Assembly (NCBI GenBank): GCA_964503465.1
Contig: CAZCYZ010000001.1
Coordinates: 17,583 to 81,582 of the forward strand
Source of the DNA: an uncultured Gammaproteobacteria bacterium
Lineage (GTDB): Bacteria; Patescibacteriota; Microgenomatia; UBA12405
Length of the DNA: 64,000 bases
Direction of reading: 5' to 3'
How positions within the stretch are numbered: the stretch's first letter is position 1; each line of letters begins with the position of its first letter. Below, one piece after another: positions 36,223-46,500 of this stretch. The notes beneath the pieces are model-generated. The model was not told the origin of the DNA and did no database searches. It saw nothing but the letters and a program-made list of their open reading frames with translations. The translations under genes were made by a program, and so were the position numbers.

Positions 36223-36900
36223 CTAGTTTTCTTTCATCATGTTTTGCCCCATGCCATTCCATGGTCTAACTTCATCTATAGAAAAACTGTTTGACCCAGT
36301 TTGGGTGCCGATTAGTTTTATCTCTTCACCAACCACCACCTGAACTCTACCTCTGATTAATGGATTTTGGCCACTAATATTCCATACTTTATTGTTAAAA
36401 TCCTTGATCTGAAAATTATTTGGACCAGTGATATTAATAATTTCACCAGACAAATAACCTTGTTCTGGATTGTTCCATACCATCATTCTCATTGGTACCA
36501 CTTGACGATACAAGGAGGACCGCAATTCTAGACTTCGATCCACTCTACTCGCGATACCAAGCTTAAAAATGGCTCCACCAATAATTAATCCAACAATCAT
36601 GATAAAAGTAATTACTTGCCACTTTTGGAAACGATAAGCCCTTTTCGTTTTTTCAAAAAATAGAAAAGATAATCCCAAAAATAATATGGCAATAAATAGC
36701 CACGGGTATGGCGTAATAATATTATCTGCCAGACCAAACCACGACACTCCTGTCCCTAAAACCAATAATCCTAGGCTAACAATAAAACCCAGCCACAAGC
36801 TCCATTTCTTCATCACAAACTCCCACCTGGGAATCGGCCTCAATTGTTGTTGGTTGATAAGCTTTAGTGATTTATCGCTAATATTTGTTTTCCTTTTCAT
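36223..36900 (-). CDS. Membrane protein, putative anti-sigma factor (start uncertain; the annotated ORF runs to 37002)
   Basis: Lies immediately downstream of, and overlapping, the ECF sigma gene. Short cytoplasmic N-terminus, then TM helices and an extracytoplasmic domain. Confidence 0.4.
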   Translation of the reverse strand: MKRKTNISDKSLKLINQQQLRPIPRWEFVMKKWSLWLGFIVSLGLLVLGTGVSWFGLADNIITPYPWLFIAILFLGLSFLFFEKTKRAYRFQKWQVITFIMIVGLIIGGAIFKLGIASRVDRSLELRSSLYRQVVPMRMMVWNNPEQGYLSGEIINITGPNNFQIKDFNNKVWNISGQNPLIRGRVQVVVGEEIKLIGTQTGSNSFSIDEVRPWNGMGQNMMKEN

Positions 36901-37453
36901 AGATTTCCTTAAATTGTATTTTTGCCCGGGAGAGTAGTGTCGCCACTGTTCCCATTGGCTTTTGTAAAATATCGCTAATTTCTGAATAGTCTTTATCTTC
37001 AAAGAATTTCAAGACAATAACCTCTTTATAATCTGGTTTTAATTTCTCTATTATTGCTTTGACGTAATCGTTAAAATGTTTCGTTATCGTTTCCTTTTCA
37101 ATATTGGTATCGGCTACCAACCAATCGACAAACTCATTATCATTTTCGATATCAATTTTCACCGACTGCTTATTCTTCTTCATAAAATTCACCGCTTGGT
37201 TGTGAACTATTCGATACAGCCAGCTGCTAAATTTCAAATTACAGTCACAATCATTTAGGTGTTGGTAAGCTTTAATAAATGATTCTTGGACAATATCAGC
37301 AATGTCATCATCCTTCAAATACGTAAATCTACGGACATAGTTCGCCAGTTTCTCTTCATATCTTCTCATTAGGCAATAAAAATACCGACTGTCGTCTATT
37401 GACAACACCACTAATTCCTTATCTTCTAAACCGTAGCATTGTTCATCAATCAT
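36878..37453 (-). CDS. ECF-type RNA polymerase sigma factor (sigma-70 family)
   Basis: Region 2 DIVQESFIKAYQHL...WLYRIVHNQAVNFMK. Region 4 YSEISDILQKPMGTVATLLSRAK. Confidence 0.75.
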   Translation of the reverse strand: MIDEQCYGLEDKELVVLSIDDSRYFYCLMRRYEEKLANYVRRFTYLKDDDIADIVQESFIKAYQHLNDCDCNLKFSSWLYRIVHNQAVNFMKKNKQSVKIDIENDNEFVDWLVADTNIEKETITKHFNDYVKAIIEKLKPDYKEVIVLKFFEDKDYSEISDILQKPMGTVATLLSRAKIQFKEIYEKENKY

Positions 37454-37578
37454 GGCTTATATATAGTATATATACAGTTAGCCCAATGATTTTCTTTCAC
37501 TCAAATCATTTATCTCTAACTTGCCGGGTGTAATATAATCACTCCATACCAATAATTATGTTATTTTAAAGCCAAAAT

Positions 37579-37839
37579 ATGAAAATCCAAGTTTTGGGCT
37601 CTGGTTGCCCCACCTGTAAGAGGCTTTATGAATTGACTCAAACTGCCGTTAAAGAACTGAATGTTGATGCTGAAGTTGAATATTCCACCGACATTTCAAA
37701 AATCATTGAACTTGGTGTTATGGAATCACCAGTTATGACCATTGACGGCAAAATAGCTCTTCTTGGTTCTGCCAGTTTAGAAAAAATCAAAGACATTATT
37801 ACCAAAAAACCTACTTGCACCTGTGGAGGTAAATGTTAA
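37579..37839 (+). CDS. Thioredoxin-fold redox-active disulfide protein (CxxC)
   Basis: MKIQVLGSGCPTCKRL resembles the small redox-active disulfide protein 2 family. Confidence 0.6.
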   Translation: MKIQVLGSGCPTCKRLYELTQTAVKELNVDAEVEYSTDISKIIELGVMESPVMTIDGKIALLGSASLEKIKDIITKKPTCTCGGKC

Positions 37840-38801
37840 TGGATATCTTTTACCCCGTTCAAATACTAGCCGATTCGATTGTCAGTAGAGAAACTTATTT
37901 TGGGTCAGCCTTAAATTTCTTTATCTACGACACCATTAAAATCGGGATTCTTCTGGTCTTTATCAATTACTTAATGGCTATTACCCGCTATTACTTTCCC
38001 ACGAATAAAGTTAGGGATATGCTTACCAAAAGACGCTGGTATGGCCTTGATTATCTTTTTGCCGCTTTCCTTGGAGTCGTTACCCCATTTTGTTCCTGTT
38101 CCTCAATTCCTCTTTTTATCGGTTTTGTCAGTGCCGGAATACCTCTGGGAGTTACTTTTGCTTTCCTAATTGCTTCACCTCTTGTCAATGAATCTTCACT
38201 GATTCTTTTTCCGGCTCTATTTGGACTCAAAACGACCATTATTTACAACCTTGTCGGAGTCATCGTGGCCGTAATCGGGGGCATGATTATTCAGAGACTA
38301 CATTTGGAAAAATACGTTAATCAGCAACTCTTAAAATTCAAATCACGTACCGACGTCGAAGCCGAAAGCGGTGGACAGAAAATAGAATTAAAAAAGTTCT
38401 TAAGCTACTGGTGGGCCGATGGCATCAAAATCACCAAAAGCATTTTTCCTTATGTTGTTTTAGGTGTTGCTATTGGAGCCATCATTCATGGATTTATACC
38501 TGCAACTTTAATTGAAAAATATCTAAGCTTTAAAGCCTGGTGGGTAGTACCAGTAGCAACATTACTAGGCGTTCCACTATACGCCAATTCAGTTTCAGTT
38601 ATTCCGGTAGTGGAGGTCCTAATTGGAAAGGGGATACCTATGGGAACGGCACTGGCCTTTATGACCGCCACTGTTACTCTATCTATTCCCGAAGCTTTGA
38701 TTCTCAAACAAGCCATGAAGTGGCAATTACTAGCCATCTTTTTTGGCATTACCATTCTCGGCATCATGTTGATCGGTTATTTGTTCAATTTTATATCGTG
38801 A
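37833..38801 (+). CDS. Permease of the DUF318 family
   Basis: Polytopic membrane protein with a conserved FCSCSSIPL-type motif. This family is typically adjacent to small thioredoxin-like genes. Confidence 0.55.
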   Translation: MLMDIFYPVQILADSIVSRETYFGSALNFFIYDTIKIGILLVFINYLMAITRYYFPTNKVRDMLTKRRWYGLDYLFAAFLGVVTPFCSCSSIPLFIGFVSAGIPLGVTFAFLIASPLVNESSLILFPALFGLKTTIIYNLVGVIVAVIGGMIIQRLHLEKYVNQQLLKFKSRTDVEAESGGQKIELKKFLSYWWADGIKITKSIFPYVVLGVAIGAIIHGFIPATLIEKYLSFKAWWVVPVATLLGVPLYANSVSVIPVVEVLIGKGIPMGTALAFMTATVTLSIPEALILKQAMKWQLLAIFFGITILGIMLIGYLFNFIS

Positions 38802-39280
38802 GTAAGTTTTATATTTTTGGCCCAATCGCATTTGCTATTGTCCTCGGCCTAACTATCTTCCAACCGTTTAGATCAACCAAAAAAGTCATTTTATCAGCCA
38901 AAGACCAACCACCAACTCCGATCCAGACAATTTCGACAACCCTACCTTCCGGTTCTGAAAAGATGGAGATCTTACACTTTCATGCTACCCGACAATGCAC
39001 TTCCTGTATCAACATCGGTAAATTTACTAAAGCCACCATCGAGGACAAGTTTCCCGAGGAATACAGATCCGGCAAAATTGTTTTCCGGGAAATCAACATA
39101 GACTTACCTGAAAACTATAAAATTGCCAACGATTATAAAGTCAGCGGATCAGCCCTTTACCTAAATGCCGTGAAAGATGGAACAGAAAATCATGAAGAAG
39201 ATACAACCGTTTGGCGATTAGTTACCCACGAAATCCAGCTCAAAAATTACTTTGAGGCCAGGTTGAGGGCATTACTCTAA
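38798..39280 (+). CDS. Membrane-anchored CxxC protein (thioredoxin-like), GTG start overlapping the upstream stop (GTGA)
   Basis: N-terminal TM helix, then HFHATRQCTSC. The start is inferred from the GTGA overlap. The annotated longer ORF 38540.. overlaps the permease gene in another frame. Confidence 0.4.
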   Translation: MSKFYIFGPIAFAIVLGLTIFQPFRSTKKVILSAKDQPPTPIQTISTTLPSGSEKMEILHFHATRQCTSCINIGKFTKATIEDKFPEEYRSGKIVFREINIDLPENYKIANDYKVSGSALYLNAVKDGTENHEEDTTVWRLVTHEIQLKNYFEARLRALL

Positions 39281-39982
39281 ATGGACTGGATAAATTATTT
39301 GATTGATAGCTACAACATCCCGCTGTTATCTGCCTTTTTGATTGGGGTAATGACCTCAATTAGTCCTTGTCCGCTGGCCACTAACATTACTGCCATCGCT
39401 TATATCTCCAAAGATATTAAGACAGTCAAAAATACTTTGCTAAATGGTCTCTTTTACACCTTGGGTAGAGGAATCAGTTATACACTACTCGCCACCTTCA
39501 TTTATTTCGGTCTTTCATCTTTTAAGGTTTCTTCTGTTTTTCAAGGTTGGGGAGATAAGGTCTTGGGTCCGGTTTTAATCACCATCGGTTTAGTTATGGC
39601 CGATATTACCAAAATCAATTTTAAAACCAATAATTCAAAGATTGAAAATATTAAGTTATGGTTAGCCAAAAAAGGTTATATTGGCTCACTTCTCCTTGGA
39701 ACGCTTTTTGCCATCGCCTTTTGTCCGTACAGTGGTGTTTTATTTTTTGGCGTTTTAATTCCTATGGTTTTGAAATCACCAGAAAGTCTTTTGTTGCCCC
39801 CAATGTTTGCTCTTGGTACTGGTTTGCCCGTAATAGTCTTTTCCTTTCTCATCGCTTTTAGTGTCAACAAAGTCAGTCAGGTATTCCTGAAAGTTTCAAA
39901 GGTGGAGGAAGTCATTCGAAAAATCACCGCCTCGGTTTTTGTTGTTGTGGGAATATACTACCTGAAGAATTTGTTACCTTAG
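39281..39982 (+). CDS. CcdA/DsbD-family thiol:disulfide interchange membrane protein
   Basis: Six TM helices. The SISPCPL motif in TM1 and the CPYSG motif are typical of CcdA. Confidence 0.6.
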   Translation: MDWINYLIDSYNIPLLSAFLIGVMTSISPCPLATNITAIAYISKDIKTVKNTLLNGLFYTLGRGISYTLLATFIYFGLSSFKVSSVFQGWGDKVLGPVLITIGLVMADITKINFKTNNSKIENIKLWLAKKGYIGSLLLGTLFAIAFCPYSGVLFFGVLIPMVLKSPESLLLPPMFALGTGLPVIVFSFLIAFSVNKVSQVFLKVSKVEEVIRKITASVFVVVGIYYLKNLLP

Positions 39983-40032
39983 ATTCCGTAAGCTATCTTT
40001 TTAATTTCGTCCAAGGTAAAGAGATTAGCAAC

Positions 40033-40635
40033 TTACGGCTTTCTTGCCAGTACCACCAGGTGATGTTCGCCACCAGACCCATCAACTTCTGCCATGATAA
40101 TTTCAAAACCCGCCATTTTTATTAGTTCAAGATTTTTGTCTTTCCCATAATGACTCCAGTGCATTGTTACTCCATAGAACTCTTCAGAACCTTCCCAATC
40201 TTCTGATCCCAAAGTTGCCAAAAACATCCCACTTCTCCTAAGAAACCCAAAAATTTTTTTAAAGATTTCTAAGTGTTCTTTCCTTGGAATATGAAATATG
40301 GCATAAAAAGATACCACTGCATCAAAAAAACCCGGCGGGAAAAAAGTTTTTGACATATCCTCAACGAGGTAAACCGCTTGTGGCACATTTATCTTAGCCA
40401 ATTCAATTTGTTTTTCTGAAATGTCAACACCGGTCACTCGATGTCCTTTCGAAATCAAGTATTCATCTATTGGAACTCCCGCCCCACAGCCCACATCCAA
40501 AATTCTCGACCCTTGTTTTAGGTACTTATTCAATTCATCCAAATATTTTTTATTTTTAAAAACATCTCTACCCAAACCATAACTATTGGCACATCGGTTA
40601 TACCCATCCTTAACCAACAGCCTCATATTTTTCAT
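40033..40635 (-). CDS. Class I SAM-dependent methyltransferase
   Basis: Motif I ILDVGCGAGVP. Confidence 0.7.
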   Translation of the reverse strand: MKNMRLLVKDGYNRCANSYGLGRDVFKNKKYLDELNKYLKQGSRILDVGCGAGVPIDEYLISKGHRVTGVDISEKQIELAKINVPQAVYLVEDMSKTFFPPGFFDAVVSFYAIFHIPRKEHLEIFKKIFGFLRRSGMFLATLGSEDWEGSEEFYGVTMHWSHYGKDKNLELIKMAGFEIIMAEVDGSGGEHHLVVLARKP

Positions 40636-40729
40636 GACTAATTATATCCTTCTATCACCTTCTAGTTTCCTTCAGGATAAAGTCATTGTCTATAAAATCA
40701 AAATCCTATTGGGTATTATTTACTTAATG

Positions 40730-41548
40730 GGTGTTATCAAAACACTTGCTAAGTCTTTGTCTATTGCCCTGTTAATTTTGATCCTCACCTCGCCAGTATG
40801 GATCAAAACCATTCCAACCAAAAATATTTCTTTCCTAATTGGTAGATCGTCAGTGATCGATAATTTACTTTGTCATTTTTCCAATAAAGTTAGTGGAAAA
40901 GCGCTGGATTCACTTGTTACCTCTGGTAGCTTGATCACTATGAATCGTTGTTTTAAGCCGGAGGATTTGGTTGTCGGGACTCTGATAATATTCCACGACA
41001 ATTCCGCTCCGCGTTTTGGTATTATCCGTCACCTAATTCCACTTGATCCAATTGTTTACAAAGTATCGGACGAAAAAGCCCCCGAATTGCTCCATGATGT
41101 GGTTAAAGAAGAAATAATCGGTATTACCAACAATATCGATATCAGTCAGTCAAAATATCAAGCCAAAAATCGAGTCGAATCTTTTATTCTTGACTCTACA
41201 GAGTTTTTGAAAGATTTATATTTAGCCAAAATACCCCGGAGCATGGGTCTGGAAATGGCCACTGTCGGAAAAACAAATAATTTCAATAATCAGCAGGACA
41301 AATTTTGCATTGTAATTTTTCCCAGGAAAAAACTGACCGGAGTTAATAGTGAAATTATCAACCAGCAAACAAAAAGTATTATTTCCTTGGGAAAAGATAT
41401 TGTTTTTGATACCGCTCCGTCACCAAACATCAATTGCTCAGAATTTGGCTCCGGCCAGGGAATGCTCAATTTATCTCCGGGCAATTACCAGTATCGTTTT
41501 CTAGTCAATCATCAAGTGCTGTTCACCATTCCTTTTGAAATACAATAG
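40730..41548 (+). CDS. Hypothetical membrane-anchored protein (possible S26 signal-peptidase-like; start uncertain)
   Basis: N-terminal TM helix. SGSLITM weakly resembles the SPase I SGSMxPT box. Confidence 0.25.
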   Translation, partial: GVIKTLAKSLSIALLILILTSPVWIKTIPTKNISFLIGRSSVIDNLLCHFSNKVSGKALDSLVTSGSLITMNRCFKPEDLVVGTLIIFHDNSAPRFGIIRHLIPLDPIVYKVSDEKAPELLHDVVKEEIIGITNNIDISQSKYQAKNRVESFILDSTEFLKDLYLAKIPRSMGLEMATVGKTNNFNNQQDKFCIVIFPRKKLTGVNSEIINQQTKSIISLGKDIVFDTAPSPNINCSEFGSGQGMLNLSPGNYQYRFLVNHQVLFTIPFEIQ

Positions 41549-41597
41549 TTTCCCGTCTTGTTGCTGAGTTGGTGTTCGACATGCTTGACATAATGTA

Positions 41598-42044
41598 ATG
41601 TATAACATACATTATTCTTGTATGAACAGAAAACAATATAAACAACTTCGGATAATTATTGCTTTCTTTGTCGGTATTATTGTTTCCCTTGCTCTTGTTC
41701 GTGACAGTTATCTTTTAGCCACCGCCGGCGTTCTTACTGGTGTTGTTTTTATGCTGTTAGTCCGTTCTCGGGCTAACATTAGAACTGACGAACGGGAACT
41801 AGTAGTTCAGGAAAAGGCCGCTCGGTCGACTTACGCTATTTTTACTCCCACTATTGGTATTGCTGCCTTTTTGTTACTACTTCCTTCTCGGGGCGGTCTT
41901 TCTGTTTTTAGTCGGGGGGAGTGGCTTTATCTTGAATCTTTGGGTATGGTCTTTGCCTATCTATCTTTATTCCTCATCACTGTATATGCCATTTCCTATC
42001 ATTTTTTCAACCAAAAATTTGGCGGTGATAGCGATGAAAAATAA
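41598..42044 (+). CDS. Small membrane protein (DUF2178-like) paired with the downstream XRE regulator
   Basis: Four TM helices. Its stop overlaps the start of the HTH gene (ATGAAAAATAA). Confidence 0.35.
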   Translation: MYNIHYSCMNRKQYKQLRIIIAFFVGIIVSLALVRDSYLLATAGVLTGVVFMLLVRSRANIRTDERELVVQEKAARSTYAIFTPTIGIAAFLLLLPSRGGLSVFSRGEWLYLESLGMVFAYLSLFLITVYAISYHFFNQKFGGDSDEK

Positions 42045-42225
42045 GCTTAGGGTTTTTCGAGCAATGCATGATCTAACTCAAGAACAATTAGCCGACAAAA
42101 TTGGCATTAGCCGCCAAACTGTCATCGCTATTGAGGCCGACAAATACCTGCCATCTCTGGGTCTGGCTTTTAAAATTGCTCAATTTTTTAAAGTCAAGAT
42201 TGAGGATATTTTTATCAATCAATAG
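42034..42225 (+). CDS. XRE-family helix-turn-helix transcriptional regulator (63 aa)
   Basis: LRVFRAMHDLTQEQLADKIGISRQTVIAIE is the canonical Cro/C1 HTH. Confidence 0.7.
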   Translation: MKNKLRVFRAMHDLTQEQLADKIGISRQTVIAIEADKYLPSLGLAFKIAQFFKVKIEDIFINQ

Positions 42226-42236
42226 GAGGTTTTACT

Positions 42237-42644
42237 ATGAACTTCAAAATCCTTAAACAAAACTTATTTTATTTTGTTGCCGTTAGTTTTAGTATCTTTT
42301 TGCTTTTTTTCTTCATCACCAGCGTTTGGATTGGTCATGAGGCCAAAAGATTATGTCAGGAGGCCAAGTGGGAATATGGTAAAACCGATTGTACCGAAGC
42401 TCTCATGGCCACGCTCGAAGATAAAAATCAGGGCTACAGGACCAGAAATCACGCCATTTGGGCTCTTGGTCAGTTTGGCGACAGTCGAGCCCTATTAACT
42501 CTTCAAAAATATTACACCGGTAATATTCCCAACCGAGAACCTCTAGACGACACTATTAGTCAGTACGAACTCAAAAAGGCCATCAATCTCACCAATGGTG
42601 GTGTCAACATTGCCGCTTGGGCCTGGCGATGGGGAGTCAAATAA
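42237..42644 (+). CDS. HEAT/PBS-lyase-like repeat protein with N-terminal TM
   Basis: ALMATLEDKNQGYRTRNHAIWALGQFGDSRALLTL matches the HEAT_2/PBS lyase repeat. Confidence 0.45.
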   Translation: MNFKILKQNLFYFVAVSFSIFLLFFFITSVWIGHEAKRLCQEAKWEYGKTDCTEALMATLEDKNQGYRTRNHAIWALGQFGDSRALLTLQKYYTGNIPNREPLDDTISQYELKKAINLTNGGVNIAAWAWRWGVK

Positions 42645-42674
42645 TCCTCTTTCAATTCCTGTTGCCCTCGCAAA

Positions 42675-43097
42675 CTAATCTATCTTATTGTTTATCAGGA
42701 GTACTCCTCCTATACCCAAGCCAACCAGGGCAACCGAATACACAACAATCGACAATATCACCAGCAACCATGGCCACCCAGATGGATCAACCTTGCCTGA
42801 CGCGAGTCCAGATAGAACAGCATATACTTGTCCAAGAATTAGTGACCCCAATGCCGCAGTAAAACATGAATTAATCAGTTTTTGATACCGCCGACACTTT
42901 TTTGCTCCGACAATCAGTAATATCCCGCCCAGCAATGCCATTGGGAAAAGTTCAGCTGGTAGTAGGTAGTCAAACAGGAGTCGTTGGTCAATAATAAATC
43001 TTGTCGCCGCAAAAATAACTGGGAACAAAATTGGTAGCCAGCAAAAAATTGTCCCAAGGATTATTAAAATTCTTATAAAGGTATTTGTCATTCTCAC
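42675..43097 (-). CDS. Hypothetical membrane protein
   Basis: Four TM helices. Confidence 0.3.
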   Translation of the reverse strand: MRMTNTFIRILIILGTIFCWLPILFPVIFAATRFIIDQRLLFDYLLPAELFPMALLGGILLIVGAKKCRRYQKLINSCFTAALGSLILGQVYAVLSGLASGKVDPSGWPWLLVILSIVVYSVALVGLGIGGVLLINNKID

Positions 43098-43182
43098 CTA
43101 TTAATGATATATCACTAATAAAGTCAATTATGAGCACGCCCGTGTTCACCCCGCCATTTGGTCACCTACAAATTGATATGTT

Positions 43183-43545
43183 TTGATGAACGATAAAGTT
43201 GCAAAATACATCCAAAAACAGCCACCTCTTCAAGCAGAAATATGCCGCCACTTAAGGCAGATGATTTTAGTCAATTTCCCCAAAATCAAAGAAACCGTTA
43301 TGTCAGAAGGTTTGTGGTATGAAGGGAAGTTTTATATAATTTCATTTGTTGACCATGTAAATCTGGGTGTAGGAATAAATGGACTAAACACAGAAGAATT
43401 GAAACAACTCGCAGGCAAAGGAAAGTTTATGAGGCATATTAAATTATTTTCCCCTGAAGATGTCAATCAAGAAAAATTGCTTCCACTGATGCGGTTGGTT
43501 TATAAAAAAACCAAATGTACCTGTCAAATTAGTTGGAAAGATTAA
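43183..43545 (+). CDS. DUF1801 (YdhG-like) domain protein
   Basis: KVAKYIQKQPPLQAEICRHLRQMIL is the family N-terminal signature. Confidence 0.45.
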   Translation: MMNDKVAKYIQKQPPLQAEICRHLRQMILVNFPKIKETVMSEGLWYEGKFYIISFVDHVNLGVGINGLNTEELKQLAGKGKFMRHIKLFSPEDVNQEKLLPLMRLVYKKTKCTCQISWKD

Positions 43546-46500
43546 AACCCCCTGACTTTTTTCAGCATATATCCCAATCCGCCAACCAGCAGTACCCCCC
43601 CCAAGAGAATAGTGTAGATTTTTGAACCCAAATATCCAGATCTGTTAATTTTATTATCTTTATCTATAGTTATTTGTTTACCACCAAGAATCGTTTCTTT
43701 CACGTTTTTAGAAGTAATCAAAACCTCTCCTTCCTCCGCCGCCGCATTAAATTTTCCCTCCCCGTTTACTAGTCTAAATTTGGTGTGGATATTTTGGATT
43801 ACAAAATATTCATCCTCCGGTAACTGGTGGTGAATAAATTTGCTTAATTTCTCCTCAAACAAACCCGACCAGTATCGATCAAATTTGATGGCGTAAACCG
43901 TCGCTGGGGAATCAAAATTAGCCGTCATCTGACCTTTGATCAACACTGGGTCGTGATTTGAATCAACGGCGAATAAGCTGTCTTTGGTGATCGATAGTAT
44001 CCCAAGTGAACTGTTAGTAAAAGGTTTAACTATATTAAATTTAATACTTACATCTGCCCTATAAATCGTCCCCGGGTCGAGGCTGGCATATCTTTTGTTA
44101 TAAACCGGAGTAAACTGTCCCCGTGAGTAAATTGAAATGCCATTTATCCAATCTGGCACTGGTGTTGGCGTATTTTTGCCAAGATTGTATTCCGATGCAT
44201 ATTCTCCTATTTGGTAGAACTCTACTTGGTTTAACTTAATTTGAGCAAAGTACATTCCCTTATCGTTGGCAAACACAAATCGAACATTTTTGTAAGGAAA
44301 ACTTGGTGTTTTCTCCACCCCGCCACTATCAAATACTTTCAACCCCAGCATCTTGTCACTCCCATCGCCTACTGTTGTCATGGCATACGTTCCACCATTG
44401 CTAATCGCCACACTTTTAAAATCATTGTCACTCTCCAGTTCCTTACTCCAACTTGATTGGCCAAAATAATAAAGCTTCTTGTGGGTTCGAACAACCACCG
44501 TACTATCATTGCTACTTGAATCGTACTTGGTTGCCGCTGTGTGCTCCGAAATATTTCCAATCGTTCGCACTTGTTGACCAGATATTGTTTTTTCACACAA
44601 ATTACCACCGCAGTCATCAATATAATTATTGTTTCGCAAAAAATAATCCCCACAATTAGCTGCATTCCGCTCAAAATTATCATCACCCTTCCCTTTCGTT
44701 TCATGTTGGGTGTATTTGTGCAATCCCTTGTCCAAGAGTAGGTAAGGACAAACATAAAACCCATCCGGGGACACTTCCATCGATATCGCGTTCTTTTTAT
44801 CCAAGGTGGTTGTTCCCAGCTCATTACCACTGGCATTAAATACCTTCACAATTCCCTCATGGTCGGTTGCCCCCATGCCAGGATTGACGTACAATCCCAC
44901 CGTTTCGCCATTATATGATGTATCAAGTCCGACATAACGCATTTGCTCCACCGAATAGGGGACGGGTACAATGTTTATTTGATTCCCGGATACAAAATCA
45001 AGGAAATGTAAATCTCTGGTTTTTGATTTGTTGTCACCCACGCTGACCACCAACAACTGACCATTTTTGCTTCCCACCATATTTCCAATTAGTCTTTCCC
45101 CAGTCCCCAAGTTTTTCTTCCACAAAAGTTTTGGAGTGACCAAATGTAGTCCATTATCATCAAGTCTCCCTCCTATTTTTTCTAACACAAATTCCAAATT
45201 GTTATTCTCCGGTACTGCGTTAACATCTTGTCTAATGGTTTTATAACCCGGAGCCGATACTACAAACTGATATCTCCCCGGTTGCAATTCTGGCATTGGC
45301 CCACTGCCATTAATATCCACCTCCTTTCTAAAGTCTGTGTTAACTGCTAAGACGTGACCATTAACCAGGTTTCCGGCCGTATCCTTAATTGTTACTCTAA
45401 ACAATACATCTTGATCTTTGAGGACAAAATTAACCGAGTTAAACAATAAGTATCCCTCCTTACAGGCCTTAAATTCATCACCAAACTTAAATTCAATTTG
45501 CCTAGTATCCGCCTTCGAGTATTCACTGTGGGTTGCCTTAATTATCTGTTTTCCCAACCTGTTTATCCCCTTTAGGTGAAAATAGCCAATATCACTGCTT
45601 TGAGTTTCTTGTCCACTGTCCGCCTTAATCGTCGCCATTTTGACTCGTTTCCCCAAAATATCATCAACTCGGCCATTAACCGACCCCAAGTAAATTGGTA
45701 ACCAAAAAGATCTTTGGCTTTGATTGCCCTCCTGGTCACCTACCACCAAGGTATATTCTTTAAGTTTGCCGCAATATAGGTTGGGGTCAGTTGATGGGTT
45801 AACTACCACTGTTGTTTCAAAATCTTTATAATTTTTTCCCAAAATATTTCCCTCTGTCTGATAGACTGGTGCTTTATCTTCAGTGTATTTCCCGTCATAT
45901 ATCTTAACCTTGGCCACGCCACTTTCCTCGCCGGTGTTCTTCACCTGGAAATTAACCAAGAAAGAGTCTAAAGTATCCTCCACTATTTTTTTGGTCAAAG
46001 TTGTTACTTCATATCTGGCCGGTGCTGGCCGTAGATCAATTTCCAACACAAACGTGTTGTTGTTTTCATATACTTCAGGAATTACCTGGCTTGGATCAAC
46101 TTTAAAAGTGATTCGATTAAGTTCCCCTGGAATCGGATTGTAGGACACCGCTTTTATCCAATAATTAGGAACATTATAATTTTTTGAATCAGAGTGCAAA
46201 TCCAAGCTTGACACCACCCAGCTTTTAAAGTTATGCAAATATTGGCCATTTAGTGATTCCTCAATCAAAAAATCTCCTACCGAATCTGAAAAACTTTTTG
46301 GTGGACCGTTCCTGGCTCCCACGTAAATCAAATGCTCAACCTTTTCCTTAAACAACTGCTGTTCGTTTGACATCATTCCATCTCGGTTGGGGGTATGGCC
46401 GGAAGATGCTTCCACCTCAATATTCCAAGCATAGCCCATGCCATTGTTCACCAACTTAAAATAAAGTTGTTTGGTTTTTTCATCATAGTACACCCCATGA

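Noticed and set aside
38540-38800. 5' extension of ORF 38540-39280
   Set aside because: It overlaps the DUF318 permease gene in another frame. The GTG start at 38798 with a GTGA stop-start overlap is more parsimonious.
44241-44836. Several 60-150 aa ORFs on both strands inside the 43542-46892 gene
   Set aside because: They are nested in a well-supported long CDS and have skewed composition. I treat them as frame shadows.
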